Virus record (IMG/VR): IMGVR_UViG_3300018080_000122
Span: 51,572 to 115,571 of that record
Direction: 5' to 3' (one strand)
Source: a virus
DNA: 64,000 nucleotides
Shown: piece after piece, positions 8,683 through 18,420 of the stretch
Numbering within the stretch: position 1 is the first letter of the stretch
How the letters are laid out: each line of letters starts with the position of its first letter
Notes under the pieces: model-generated
Told to the model about the DNA's origin: nothing
Database searches by the model: none
What the model saw: only the letters and a program-made list of their open reading frames with translations
Position numbers and translations under genes: made by a program

Positions 8683-9360
8683 CTAAATATAACAAAGCTC
8701 AGGGTTACCGTCCACGATCTTAACGTAGGTGAGGCCCTCTGGCCCAAAAGATCCGCTGTTCAAATACATGCGGCCCTTATATTCCCTTACTTCTGGGATA
8801 TGGGTATGTCCTAGTACCACAATGTCGCCCAACAAATTTTCCATGGCCCTATCAGCGATGGGCTCCGCATATTTTTCTTTCCCGTTCATGGCCGCGAAAG
8901 AGTGGCGGACTTTTCGTTGGATTGACGTGCCAGGCCCCATAAAGTAGCAGGCGACCTTGTCCGCAGTCACAGCAACCCACGATGCCATTTTAGACGCCGT
9001 TCCGGAGAACGTGTCGAACTCGTTACCATGAGCTAAGACTATACTTTTTCCTCCGTCACTGTAATTGTAAGGTTGGGCCGCAACACGCATGTTGTTCAAA
9101 CGGCGCATTCCTTTGAACTCCGCGTCGTGATTGCCCGGTATATAAATTACTTCATACGGAAGTACGTCAATCTCTAATAATATATCTTTATTTTGTTCTA
9201 CTATGTCGCAGTAGTCGTAGTGCCAAAGATCGAACACATCTCCAAGAAGGACCAGGCGATCCCACTTGTCCCTATGTATAAGTTTAAACAACTCCTTGTT
9301 GGCCGACCTGAACCTACCTGGTTGGCCAAAGTGTAAATCTGATACTACTAAAGTGCGCAT
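8683..9360 (-). CDS. calcineurin-like metallophosphoesterase (LpxH-like)
   Basis: All five motifs present: SDLH, GDVFD, GNHD, HG, GHTH; C-terminal LNSGSF. Confidence 0.9.
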   Translation of the reverse strand: MRTLVVSDLHFGQPGRFRSANKELFKLIHRDKWDRLVLLGDVFDLWHYDYCDIVEQNKDILLEIDVLPYEVIYIPGNHDAEFKGMRRLNNMRVAAQPYNYSDGGKSIVLAHGNEFDTFSGTASKMASWVAVTADKVACYFMGPGTSIQRKVRHSFAAMNGKEKYAEPIADRAMENLLGDIVVLGHTHIPEVREYKGRMYLNSGSFGPEGLTYVKIVDGNPELCYI

Positions 9361-9896
9361 GGTGTGGCCCCCTCGCACAGCCTGAGCATCTTTAAATCTT
9401 CTGGAGACGTCAGGTCCGGCAAAAGATTTTTCACAGGCTCAAACGAATCGTTGCGAAGCATCCCATCCAAAAGATGAAGGTAACGTGCGACGACCTCGCT
9501 ACAAAACATCTTGTCTGGCGTGTCAGGCACGCACATTCGCGCCAGACGCTTGTTGACCTTCTCCAGCACCAGGTAAGCACAGAAGCGGCCGATGCCCGCG
9601 AAGTCGTACTCCGCCCCCAGCTCCCGAAAGATGATGTAGAGAGCTTTGGGACCCATTACATCGTCTCTAATTCGGAAGGCGTACATGAGTTTGTTGTGGT
9701 TGTCCCATCTTTCCGCCGCGACCAGGTTCACTCCAGATCCAGTGGATTCAAGAACCCACCGGTAGCCTGTGGAGAATGGGCCGCCTATATGACTGAAGTG
9801 GATGGAGGCGTGGGAAACATCGGAATTGGTGATCTTACGAATGGCCCATGAGATCGGACTGCACGACTTTGGCCGGGATAGTACTATAGCAATCAT
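9348..9896 (-). CDS. permuted papain-like NlpC/P60 enzyme (YiiX/YaeF family)
   Basis: ISWAIRKIT.S.VSH (His first), G..YD, then FCSE (Cys last): the permuted catalytic order. Confidence 0.8.
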   Translation of the reverse strand: MIAIVLSRPKSCSPISWAIRKITNSDVSHASIHFSHIGGPFSTGYRWVLESTGSGVNLVAAERWDNHNKLMYAFRIRDDVMGPKALYIIFRELGAEYDFAGIGRFCAYLVLEKVNKRLARMCVPDTPDKMFCSEVVARYLHLLDGMLRNDSFEPVKNLLPDLTSPEDLKMLRLCEGATPCAL

Positions 9897-9904
9897 GGCT
9901 CATA

Positions 9905-10927
9905 TCACAGATCTGGCATCGTCTTCTTACGGCCAGCAACAGCCGTAACGCCGACTGTTCTTTGTGCGCCGCCCGTTTCCAAGTGAACTTTCACAGAGAG
10001 CTGCCAATGCGGGAGGAACAGTGCTGGGCGCACACTCTGCACGCCCATGAAGACCGTGTCATCTCCGAGCATGGGAATTCTGCACACCTGGCGACTCAGC
10101 GTGACCGGGACAGACATCAGGTGGCAACGAAGATTCTCTTTGGGGTCGTGAGCCGACGTCCAAATGAAAATCGAAGGCGTCTCGTAAGGATTCCAACCCC
10201 ATATACCCGATGTGCTGGGGACTGGCACGAGGTTGTCGTTGATTTCGCCTTTGGTGGTGGTCTCGCCGTCTATATTGTGGGTAGATTCGCCCTCTGCACA
10301 CGGGATAAAAACGTCAGACTGCACCTTGGCATTCCCAGTGCCCGCAGCTTCTGCAGGAGCGCTTGCAGGAGCAGTGGCCACAAAAGAAAAAGTGTCTTGG
10401 TATAGCCCATTCAAATGTCGAACGAAGCCGCCCACGAGGTAAACGTGCTCCAAGAACTGCCCCGTGATGGTATAGTCCCCCGCATCCGATTCCTGCAACT
10501 GTAGGAGGGTGCCGTCGCCGCGTTTGAGATCGGTCAGATCGTCGAATGCCCCAGTGGTGAACTGGTTGTACCCCGCAGGGAAGACGTCCGGGTTGACCCT
10601 GACCGAAGCGCAGGTACCGTTGGTCCCGATTGGGCTGACAGGTGCGAAGTTCACCCAATTTCCCGCCGCGTCCACGATGTGAACCTCATCCACACCAGGG
10701 GATTCCGTTGCGTCATGCGCGGCCACCAATGCGTCCAGAATCGTCTCGTTCTCTGTTGAGAGATCTGCTTTGAAGGCCACTCTCATGGTGTCGTCTTCGG
10801 AATATGTCTCGTCTGTATCCAGGGCAACCGTGATGGCGCTCTGCTGGATGTCGTAGACGAAGGTGGCCACATTGACGGCGCCCTCGGGAAAATCGGTGCT
10901 GATCGTGTAATCCTTATACGTGGCCAT
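9905..10927 (-). CDS. putative virion structural protein
   Basis: 340 aa, beta-rich, lies within the fibre gene run. Confidence 0.5.
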   Translation of the reverse strand: MATYKDYTISTDFPEGAVNVATFVYDIQQSAITVALDTDETYSEDDTMRVAFKADLSTENETILDALVAAHDATESPGVDEVHIVDAAGNWVNFAPVSPIGTNGTCASVRVNPDVFPAGYNQFTTGAFDDLTDLKRGDGTLLQLQESDAGDYTITGQFLEHVYLVGGFVRHLNGLYQDTFSFVATAPASAPAEAAGTGNAKVQSDVFIPCAEGESTHNIDGETTTKGEINDNLVPVPSTSGIWGWNPYETPSIFIWTSAHDPKENLRCHLMSVPVTLSRQVCRIPMLGDDTVFMGVQSVRPALFLPHWQLSVKVHLETGGAQRTVGVTAVAGRKKTMPDL

Positions 10928-11382
10928 TAATCCCTCCGAAGGTCTGCTTTACTGTGACAAATCAACGACGCCGTTGGGAGTCTGATCTTCCTGCCCATCT
11001 GCGCCGCCACAGGGTAATTTCTGACTTCAATGTCGACTGTGTGATCACCTGGAGACAAGGTTACGTTGGCGAAACCGGATTTGCTGATCAGCTGTTTTAG
11101 GCTGCCTTTAACCTCTTCACTCATAAATCCATCACCGTTGGGATCTACTATTGGTGTGGTTTCATCAAGCATTACCCTGATATCGACACAGGTCTTGCCA
11201 AGGGCGCGGAATTCGCACTGCCAATCCAACCGATAGTCGCCACCAGGGGCGTCGTTGGCCTCAACACGCAGATGCCTGCGCCACTTTGTGCCCACCATGG
11301 ACATCTTCGTGAATGACTCCCCTGTGTAGATGTGCTTCACAGTTGGGGCCGCAGCTTGGCGACAGATATCCTTCATTCGCAT
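10927..11382 (-). CDS. putative virion beta-sandwich protein
   Basis: SGFANVTLSPGDHTVDIE jelly-roll-like C-terminus; TAATG coupling to the next gene. Confidence 0.5.
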   Translation of the reverse strand: MRMKDICRQAAAPTVKHIYTGESFTKMSMVGTKWRRHLRVEANDAPGGDYRLDWQCEFRALGKTCVDIRVMLDETTPIVDPNGDGFMSEEVKGSLKQLISKSGFANVTLSPGDHTVDIEVRNYPVAAQMGRKIRLPTASLICHSKADLRRD

Positions 11383-11384
11383 GA

Positions 11385-13358
11385 TTACGCCTCGTCTACC
11401 CGCCAGATGACAAAGTAGTCATCCAACGTGGGTGTGTGTTCTGTGTCCGTCGTGGTCAGATTGAATCGGACTTTCAGATTCTTTTTGTTGTCCCACGCTT
11501 CTGAAGCGTCCGCAGTTTCCAGAACGCCTCCAGCAGTAGTTTGCCACCAGTCCACCGCACGAGGAATCCCCAATCCAGTTTTCCAGTGGTTGCCGCCGTC
11601 CAAGGAAATGTCCATGCTGAGCGAGGTGAATGGCGCTTCAAAACCATTCACATAAGGAAGGATTTCGTAGACGTCCAATCCATTCTGGATGACCTGTGCG
11701 TAGGATGTCAAACTGCCCGACGTATCGTAGATGGGGTTACTCACGCGCCGCCAGTTGTCCAGATTGCAGGTGTACGAAGTGCTCTTGCGAGTCAGCCTGA
11801 AATAGCAGTAGTACACAGACCCCCGACTAGCCGAACTGATATCGAAGATCGCGGTTTCCCAGTTAGTGCTGGATGTGGTGTAATAAAAATACTGTATCGG
11901 TGATCCACTAGAATAGAGCCCGAATTGCACTTGCACGTTTGGAATACTGGTCTTGATGTCGATTTTCACAGCGCCATAGGATGACCAATCTTGGTAACTA
12001 CCTATATTTTTTCGGATGCCGTACCAGAGCTGCTCTGTCCCTGTAGAGGTGTGGGTCATCTTCAACGAGCCTGTACCCTCATTATAGACCGAGGTGTCCA
12101 GAGCAAATGCACCATCTCCAGAGTACCAGACTTCGTACCAGGGTGGTGTCGCGACAGCGTCGAGCGCGTCATACTGCGTGTCCGTCGTATTGGCATCCAA
12201 AGTAACTTCGCCACCAACGACCGAGATATCTGCACTGCTCTCGATCTTTGATGAGTCCGCGAAGAAATCCACCAACGCGTTGCTCGCGTCGTCGAGACGG
12301 ATATAGGTTTCGTCGTCTCCAAGAAAGGCTGCGACCAGGTGGTTGGCCAGACAGCCGCATTGAAAGCGGTCCATGTAACGCCCAGCAATAACCAGTTTGG
12401 AACCCGCAGCCTGGGAGATCTTGGATACCTCGATTTCAGCCCCAGTCAAGATTACTTGATCCGTGGCGTCCTCCATCAAGATGGACCAAGTGCCGGGGTC
12501 ATTGACCTTGACCGACCAACATTTGACTTCGCCGCCGTCTTTGGTCCGTATACCGACGTCGGGGTCGTCGATACGTAGACCCCACATATGGATCTCGGAA
12601 TGATCGGCGTAGAGCCCCTCGTCAAAAGTTCCATCGAGAGTGCAATTCCAAATACGAACCGTGCTGTTATCTTCCGCTTTTACGCCGTAATCTCCGCCAG
12701 ACGCTTGGTGAGAAATCCGCAAACCGTTGCCGTGAAATCTGGCCTCGTCAACGTGAATCGCCTTCTTTACCCCCGAGAAACTGACCGTGTTGGCCATCAC
12801 AGAGGCCAAAGGCTCTTCTACTTTAATTCCTTTATCAAAGTTGGAGATCTGCATGTTCACCAATTGCCAGAACTGGTAAGTGGTGGGGTTACCTGGGTCT
12901 GCCTTTATAGCAGTTTCGTTGCTGCTGTCTCCGTCCAGGAAAATCCCCATCATGCCGCCAACGGAAACGGCGCCCATTCCTGTTGGAGTGGCAAACAAAT
13001 CGTTATCGGGGTCACTGGGTTTGATGCAAACCGCGAAAGGACCATCACCAGTGAACTGGGTCAGAGTTGGAAGAGTGAGGGCGCCACCAGAATTGTCTTC
13101 CGTGTAGACTCCCGCCCCAATCCGAATACACCAGTATTCGTCGGATGGTTTAGTCAATCGCAGAGATATTGCGGCCGCGACCGTCTTGAACGGTTTGGTC
13201 TGTGTGCCATCTTCTGTGTAGCTGTCCGTGCGCTTTTCCACATAAATGGTGTGGGAACCGGAGGCCGAAAATGGGATTTCGAGATATTCCGCAGCGGCCA
13301 CAACCCCATCACCATCGGGATCGTACTGCTCCTGAGTCATAATGGGATTGCATTCCAT
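11385..13358 (-). CDS. tailspike-like protein: right-handed beta-helix plus carbohydrate-binding-like module
   Basis: IYV...DGTQTKPFKTVAAAI...GAGVYTE beta-helix cap, parallel beta-helix repeats, EGTGSLKM...DWSSYGAVKIDIK CBM-like segment. Confidence 0.7.
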   Translation of the reverse strand: MECNPIMTQEQYDPDGDGVVAAAEYLEIPFSASGSHTIYVEKRTDSYTEDGTQTKPFKTVAAAISLRLTKPSDEYWCIRIGAGVYTEDNSGGALTLPTLTQFTGDGPFAVCIKPSDPDNDLFATPTGMGAVSVGGMMGIFLDGDSSNETAIKADPGNPTTYQFWQLVNMQISNFDKGIKVEEPLASVMANTVSFSGVKKAIHVDEARFHGNGLRISHQASGGDYGVKAEDNSTVRIWNCTLDGTFDEGLYADHSEIHMWGLRIDDPDVGIRTKDGGEVKCWSVKVNDPGTWSILMEDATDQVILTGAEIEVSKISQAAGSKLVIAGRYMDRFQCGCLANHLVAAFLGDDETYIRLDDASNALVDFFADSSKIESSADISVVGGEVTLDANTTDTQYDALDAVATPPWYEVWYSGDGAFALDTSVYNEGTGSLKMTHTSTGTEQLWYGIRKNIGSYQDWSSYGAVKIDIKTSIPNVQVQFGLYSSGSPIQYFYYTTSSTNWETAIFDISSASRGSVYYCYFRLTRKSTSYTCNLDNWRRVSNPIYDTSGSLTSYAQVIQNGLDVYEILPYVNGFEAPFTSLSMDISLDGGNHWKTGLGIPRAVDWWQTTAGGVLETADASEAWDNKKNLKVRFNLTTTDTEHTPTLDDYFVIWRVDEA

Positions 13359-14860
13359 TATTCTTTACCCACCTGATAAATACACGTCTGGGCGCCGGAC
13401 GGCGTCGCAGGGGTGGCCGTCGCTGGCAATCCAGAGGTTGAATAGGCTTGAGTGAAAAGCGGCCGCCTGGACGCCCCATAAAAATGTAAAGCGCTTAGCC
13501 AGGATGGCGCTACGCCTCCAATGCCAGTCCAGTTGCTCTTGATGGCGAACCAGTAGTAACCTGAATTCGGTATCGTGTAGGCCGAAGCCAGATTAATGGT
13601 TTTCAAACCTGCCGGTGTCTGCACGACAGCCCCGCCCGCAGCGCAATAAGCCACCCGCGTATCCGGCTTCCCAGCTGCCAACGTCCAGTCCGTTGTGGCC
13701 GGATTGGTTTGACTGTAGAGCCCCACCCACGTGGTGGCCCCATTGCCTGTGGCCCCGCTGGTCAATTCCATTAAAAAGGATGTGAGGTTGGTTCCAGCCT
13801 GGAGCCACGTACGCATATAAACTATTAGGTCTTCTGTGGGAGTGGCTTGCCATCCAAAGTCGAACGGATCACGGCCCATCGCGATCCATTCACCGGATTT
13901 GCTGTTGTCCTCAGGACACGTCAGCAACTTATTTGAGCTAGCGATCTGCGCGTTCACCGTCGCACTGGAGGCGATGCTGTCGTTACCCGATACCAACGAC
14001 GCCGTCAAATCCAGGCGGCCGTTATGCTGTGCGGAGTAGGCGTAAGTGTAGCCCTGCAGATAGGAGACCTGAGCGCTGATCTGCGCATCCTCTTCCACGC
14101 GCAGCCCAATGGCGCCTTCAAGGTGGTTGGCCTCTACTTTCACGACGGCCTCGCCAGTGGCCATCACGCACGAGTAGCCTGGGCAGTAGCAGTCCGTCAT
14201 GATGAGATGGACGTCAGCATCGGCTCCATCTGCAAACACAACTGCGGGGTCACATTCGTCTGCCCAACAGAGCTCGATCTGTCCATAGAGTTTGCCGTCG
14301 CTGACGCGAACGAGTGGGGCTGTGCCATCTATGGCCATCAGCTCGTCACACTCCAGAAACAGGTGGCCCCAATTCAGCTGAAATAAAGGATGGTTATCCT
14401 CCAACCACCCCTGTGTCAGCTCCACAGAGAGCACGCCGCCAGACGCCTGAATCGCGGGCTGGGTTGCCCCTCCAGGGACGATGCAGGTGTTGGCGCGGAC
14501 ATAGGACATCGTGCTGTTGGTGGAGACCCGCTTAATCGCGCCCGCAGTGCCCTCGATGTGATTGACACGAAGGCTCGCTGCGCCGTGCATGGTCACCAGG
14601 CCGACGATGGTAGCCGCCTCTGCCTCCACGTAGACATAAGATGGAATCGTGAAGCTTTCCGTGTAGAGCCCCCCGTCAACGCATTCTATTGAATAAGAAT
14701 TGGCCCAAGACGGAGGCGGAACCTCCGCCGCTGCTGCCGCCAGGGCCTCCGTAAAAGTCGGGAACGCGCTGTCAATGGTCCTGCCATCATTCTCGCTCTT
14801 CCCGTGTTTCCCAACATAGAAAACGTTTGCTTGCTCAACCGCCGCTGGATAACACTTCAT
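13358..14860 (-). CDS. tailspike/fibre, beta-helix plus C-terminal jelly-roll (paralog family A)
   Basis: FYVGKHG...DG...A..TF..A cap; C-terminal ~180 aa aligns by eye with the two neighbouring genes. Confidence 0.7.
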   Translation of the reverse strand: MKCYPAAVEQANVFYVGKHGKSENDGRTIDSAFPTFTEALAAAAAEVPPPSWANSYSIECVDGGLYTESFTIPSYVYVEAEAATIVGLVTMHGAASLRVNHIEGTAGAIKRVSTNSTMSYVRANTCIVPGGATQPAIQASGGVLSVELTQGWLEDNHPLFQLNWGHLFLECDELMAIDGTAPLVRVSDGKLYGQIELCWADECDPAVVFADGADADVHLIMTDCYCPGYSCVMATGEAVVKVEANHLEGAIGLRVEEDAQISAQVSYLQGYTYAYSAQHNGRLDLTASLVSGNDSIASSATVNAQIASSNKLLTCPEDNSKSGEWIAMGRDPFDFGWQATPTEDLIVYMRTWLQAGTNLTSFLMELTSGATGNGATTWVGLYSQTNPATTDWTLAAGKPDTRVAYCAAGGAVVQTPAGLKTINLASAYTIPNSGYYWFAIKSNWTGIGGVAPSWLSALHFYGASRRPLFTQAYSTSGLPATATPATPSGAQTCIYQVGKE

Positions 14861-14864
14861 GCGA

Positions 14865-16430
14865 TTACTCCCTACCCAAGATGTAAATCAGGGGATTGGA
14901 GGACGCTACAGCCACAGGAGTTGCTGTAACGGGCAGGCCTGCTGTCGCGTAAGTTTCCTGGTAGGCTGGATAATTGTCCCCTCCATAGAAGAGGAGGTTG
15001 CTCAACCACCATGGCGAATTGCCGCCGATGCCCGTCCAATTCACTTTAACTGCCAACCAGTAGAACCCTGTGGTTGGAACCGCATAGCTAGACGCCAGCG
15101 CGACGGCCTTTTCTCCGGTGGGCGCCTGAATATTGGTTCCCGCGCCTGCTGTGGAAGCCACTAAAGTGTTGGGCTGCCCTGCCGCGACCGTCCAGTCTTC
15201 CTGGTCAGGATTAGTCTGATCATAAAGACCCAACCATGCAGTCATTCCAGGCGCGGCGCCAGCCCCAGCAAGATAGACGGCGAGAGCTTGTAAGGTAATG
15301 CCTGTCGGCAACCAAACCCTGTAGTAGTTGATGACGTCTTCCGTCGGGAAAGCACGGTAACCGAAGATGGAAATGTCTGTATTGTGAGCGACCCAGTCAC
15401 CAGGTTTGCGAGTCACCCTGGGTGCCATGATAAGGTCGCCAGACTGCGCCTGCGGAACAAATCCATCCGTGCCGCGCGTCTTCTGGTACTCCACTGGCCC
15501 CGCATACGTGATGTTGGCCAGTCCTCCTGTGGCTTCTAGCACCGTCCCGGAAAGGCGGTCCACGTGCAGGTTGATGATCCCATTATTCGAAGCGGAGACT
15601 GCTGTGTCAGTGCTAATGTGTCCCACGAACGCGTCGACCACAGAACCAGACCCGTCCACGTAGAGACCGTAGGTGTTTGATGGCGCATATTCAAGTATGT
15701 GGTCGATCTGTGCCAAGACCGTGGAGCCGTTCAACGCGTAGATCCCAACGCTGGTGGTCCCATTCAGATAAACGTCCTGGGCGAACAGGTGCACATGCCC
15801 CTGCAGAGGCGCAAACAGGTCCCCAATGACGGCCCCTATGTTGGCTGAAATCTGGGCGCGCCGGACGGAGACCACCAAAGCCCCTGTGGAAGTATTTACA
15901 ATTCCACTAGGTGTGCCTGCCCCAGAAAGAAGCAGATCAGTGGTTGTGACCTGCGCTACACCGCTTCCAGCGGTCTTGGCTATTGCCCACGCCGTGCCGG
16001 TGGAAGGGGATAGTGTGATCGAGTTGAACACGTAGACCCCGCCGTCGACACAAGTCAGTGCCACGCTGCTGGCAGCAGAAGTACCCACCAGTGTAGCGTT
16101 CGGGGCGTAAATGTGGATGTTGGTTCCTGGCGCGATGTCCTCTGTGTAGACGCCAGCATCCATGCAGGCAATGGTTAATGGGGAACCAGGGGAACCCGCT
16201 GCCGTGATGGCCGCTCCGAAAGTCAGTTTCGCGCGCTCAAGAGTCTGCCCATCATAACTGTCATTACCATGCTTACCCACGTACAGAACTTGGGTCTGGG
16301 CGGGTAGCGCAGTTGGAATATTAGTTAGCTGTGCGCCGCTAACAGCGGGAAGACCTGGGACACCCCCAACATTCTCAAGGACCACGCCCTCGCCAATAAC
16401 GGTTTCCTCAGTCTTCGGTCTTACAGGCAT
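14865..16430 (-). CDS. tailspike/fibre, beta-helix plus C-terminal jelly-roll (paralog family A)
   Basis: LYVGKHGNDSYDG cap; shared QTNP...WT.AAG.P and NWTGIGG motifs. Start placed at ATG 16430. Confidence 0.7.
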   Translation of the reverse strand: MPVRPKTEETVIGEGVVLENVGGVPGLPAVSGAQLTNIPTALPAQTQVLYVGKHGNDSYDGQTLERAKLTFGAAITAAGSPGSPLTIACMDAGVYTEDIAPGTNIHIYAPNATLVGTSAASSVALTCVDGGVYVFNSITLSPSTGTAWAIAKTAGSGVAQVTTTDLLLSGAGTPSGIVNTSTGALVVSVRRAQISANIGAVIGDLFAPLQGHVHLFAQDVYLNGTTSVGIYALNGSTVLAQIDHILEYAPSNTYGLYVDGSGSVVDAFVGHISTDTAVSASNNGIINLHVDRLSGTVLEATGGLANITYAGPVEYQKTRGTDGFVPQAQSGDLIMAPRVTRKPGDWVAHNTDISIFGYRAFPTEDVINYYRVWLPTGITLQALAVYLAGAGAAPGMTAWLGLYDQTNPDQEDWTVAAGQPNTLVASTAGAGTNIQAPTGEKAVALASSYAVPTTGFYWLAVKVNWTGIGGNSPWWLSNLLFYGGDNYPAYQETYATAGLPVTATPVAVASSNPLIYILGRE

Positions 16431-16431
16431 G

Positions 16432-17253
16432 CTACGCCTCCAGTCCCATTGTAAGGACAACTGCGCTGGCAGGGTTGACTACGAGGCCAGGTGAAGCAGG
16501 TAAGACTACACCAGAACTGGCTTCTAACCACATGGACTTGAGGAAGGCTGAGCCATACATAGGCGTTGTGGCAAACTCCAGATCGACGCTGTTAGTTATA
16601 ATAGCCAGCCAGTAGTACCCCGACACAGGGGTAGTGTACGATGCTCCCAAAGCGACAATTTTGTCTGCGTTGTCGTCCCCAGCCGCTGTGGTAAATGAGC
16701 CAGTCTCGGCCACTTTGGTGTTTGGCAGCCCGTTTGGATTTGAGGGCACAGATTGCGTGTAGATGCCCATATTCACTGAGCGAGCAGGGTTTCCTCCGCT
16801 TGCCTGGTAATAGGCCATCCTGTCAATTACCTTGCCTTTATGTACATATATTCTGGAGTATTGGACTTCGTTAGCGTCGATGGAACCAACAAGAGTGTAG
16901 TCTTCTCTAGTCCCCGTGAAGTACTCTCCAGGCGTCCCGAAGTCAGATCCACTATCCGTATTTGTAGTTTCAAACCAAAACGCATCGCCGGTAGCCGCAC
17001 CGAGGCAAGCAAAAGCCCTTTTATCCGTGGTGTTTATCCATCGGCTGCCTACAGCGTAGCCTGCAACGTCATCATCATTAACGGTAGGATCGGTCGTCGC
17101 AGTGAAATTGTGCTTTAGGGACGCAGCGGCAGCGATCTGAGCCGCAGAGACTCCTCCAACGTACGCCACACTGGGATTTGGATAAGTCCCTGCGAGATCG
17201 CCCCCAGCGGGGCCAGATGGCAGCCCATAACCAAAACCATTGGACAAAGTCAT
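16432..17253 (-). CDS. short fibre/decoration protein (paralog family A C-domain)
   Basis: GPAGGDLAGTYPNPSV and TDPTVNDD..GYAVGSRWIN fibre motifs; G.Y...P...VA...SGYYWLAI domain. Confidence 0.65.
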   Translation of the reverse strand: MTLSNGFGYGLPSGPAGGDLAGTYPNPSVAYVGGVSAAQIAAAASLKHNFTATTDPTVNDDDVAGYAVGSRWINTTDKRAFACLGAATGDAFWFETTNTDSGSDFGTPGEYFTGTREDYTLVGSIDANEVQYSRIYVHKGKVIDRMAYYQASGGNPARSVNMGIYTQSVPSNPNGLPNTKVAETGSFTTAAGDDNADKIVALGASYTTPVSGYYWLAIITNSVDLEFATTPMYGSAFLKSMWLEASSGVVLPASPGLVVNPASAVVLTMGLEA

Positions 17254-17289
17254 CTGCCGCCCTCCTTTTCTCCCCGCATTCTACAACAT

Positions 17290-17610
17290 CTATTTATTGA
17301 TTGCGACTTCTCCTTTGGAGGCGCCGCAAACCAACTTGATGAGACCAGGACCCGCGTAGCGCACGATCCTCTTGGCAATGGGATCTAAGATCCAGTCCCA
17401 TCCTGTCTTGGTGACATCGATGACCCGGCAGAGAAGATCTATAACCATCTCCTCTTTCTCTTGGCTGGAAAGTCCCTTCACAAGCTCAATGGATTCCATG
17501 CCAATTTTGATCACAGTGGCCAAGTCGCCCCACTGAAAACCGTCGGCAAATTCTTCTTTGACTTTTTCGGCCTGGTTCTCAAGCCATTCCTGCTTAATTT
17601 CTGATGTCAC
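17290..17610 (-). CDS. small amphipathic helical protein
   Basis: GGAGGT SD and GTG start; 106 aa. Confidence 0.6.
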   Translation of the reverse strand: MTSEIKQEWLENQAEKVKEEFADGFQWGDLATVIKIGMESIELVKGLSSQEKEEMVIDLLCRVIDVTKTGWDWILDPIAKRIVRYAGPGLIKLVCGASKGEVAINK

Positions 17611-17673
17611 AGACTCTACCTCCGATTCGGATTCGAATAGGTTGTCCAGGAAACTCCCGTCACACTCCTTTTC

Positions 17674-18084
17674 TCAACCCGAAGCCCCTCCAACATTAGT
17701 CAAACCGTTTACTGCGCCTTTAACGGCACCCTGAACCAGCACAGCGACCAGTTCCTTGGCCACCATGCAGAAGCCCGTTCCAAGTGCCATCAGAGCCCTC
17801 TTGATAATCGCGGCAACCTCTGCGCTTGCTGCGACCTGCTCCTGAACCAACACGTGCTCCATGGTCAGCTCCACATGGTTCGCGCGGTCAGCCCAGTACT
17901 CTACATCTTTGGCCTCGTCAGACGCTATGGCCATACCTTTGTACTTCAGATACTTGGTGGCCAGGCTGTCCAAGTAAGGCAGCCGATTAGCGTCTTCAAC
18001 CATATCAGCCAATTCTCTAGCAGCCTGTTGTCCAGTGTTCTGCGCCAGATCTTTGATCTTGCTGAAAATTTCGTCTGTGCTCAT
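17674..18084 (-). CDS. helical protein with hydrophobic C-terminus
   Basis: 136 aa; TAATG coupling to the upstream lipoprotein gene. Confidence 0.6.
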   Translation of the reverse strand: MSTDEIFSKIKDLAQNTGQQAARELADMVEDANRLPYLDSLATKYLKYKGMAIASDEAKDVEYWADRANHVELTMEHVLVQEQVAASAEVAAIIKRALMALGTGFCMVAKELVAVLVQGAVKGAVNGLTNVGGASG

Positions 18085-18410
18085 TATTCGTCACCCCGAT
18101 CTTCTACGTGTTCGTCCTTACGTTCCTTGCTAGGATCGAGTGCGACATCCACTGTCTGCTTCAGTTGCGCCCAGTGGGCCTTCCGCTCCTTCACTGCTTC
18201 TTCTTTCTCTTCGGTCCACTCTTCGTCTGTGAGGCCACTGGGTCTGTCGTCTTCCATAAAGGCGTCCGACTCCCAGAACTCCACGAGATCCGGCTCGAAA
18301 GCCTCCAACGACTTCTTGACCTTCTCCATAGAAGGACGAAGATCAGGGCCACCAAAACAACCCACCAGTAAAAGAGAAAGGACCAAAACAACTACTAACC
18401 GTTTACTCAT
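18084..18410 (-). CDS. lipoprotein
   Basis: MSKR-LVVVLVLSLL-LVGC signal peptide II with lipobox. Confidence 0.75.
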   Translation of the reverse strand: MSKRLVVVLVLSLLLVGCFGGPDLRPSMEKVKKSLEAFEPDLVEFWESDAFMEDDRPSGLTDEEWTEEKEEAVKERKAHWAQLKQTVDVALDPSKERKDEHVEDRGDE

Positions 18411-18420
18411 AACCTTGCCC

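Noticed and set aside
13358-15400. Diversity-generating retroelement TR/VR pair in the similar fibre C-termini
   Set aside because: In the segment I compared, the DNA differences fall at synonymous positions and are not adenine-specific. Both copies are coding and no reverse transcriptase is in the window.
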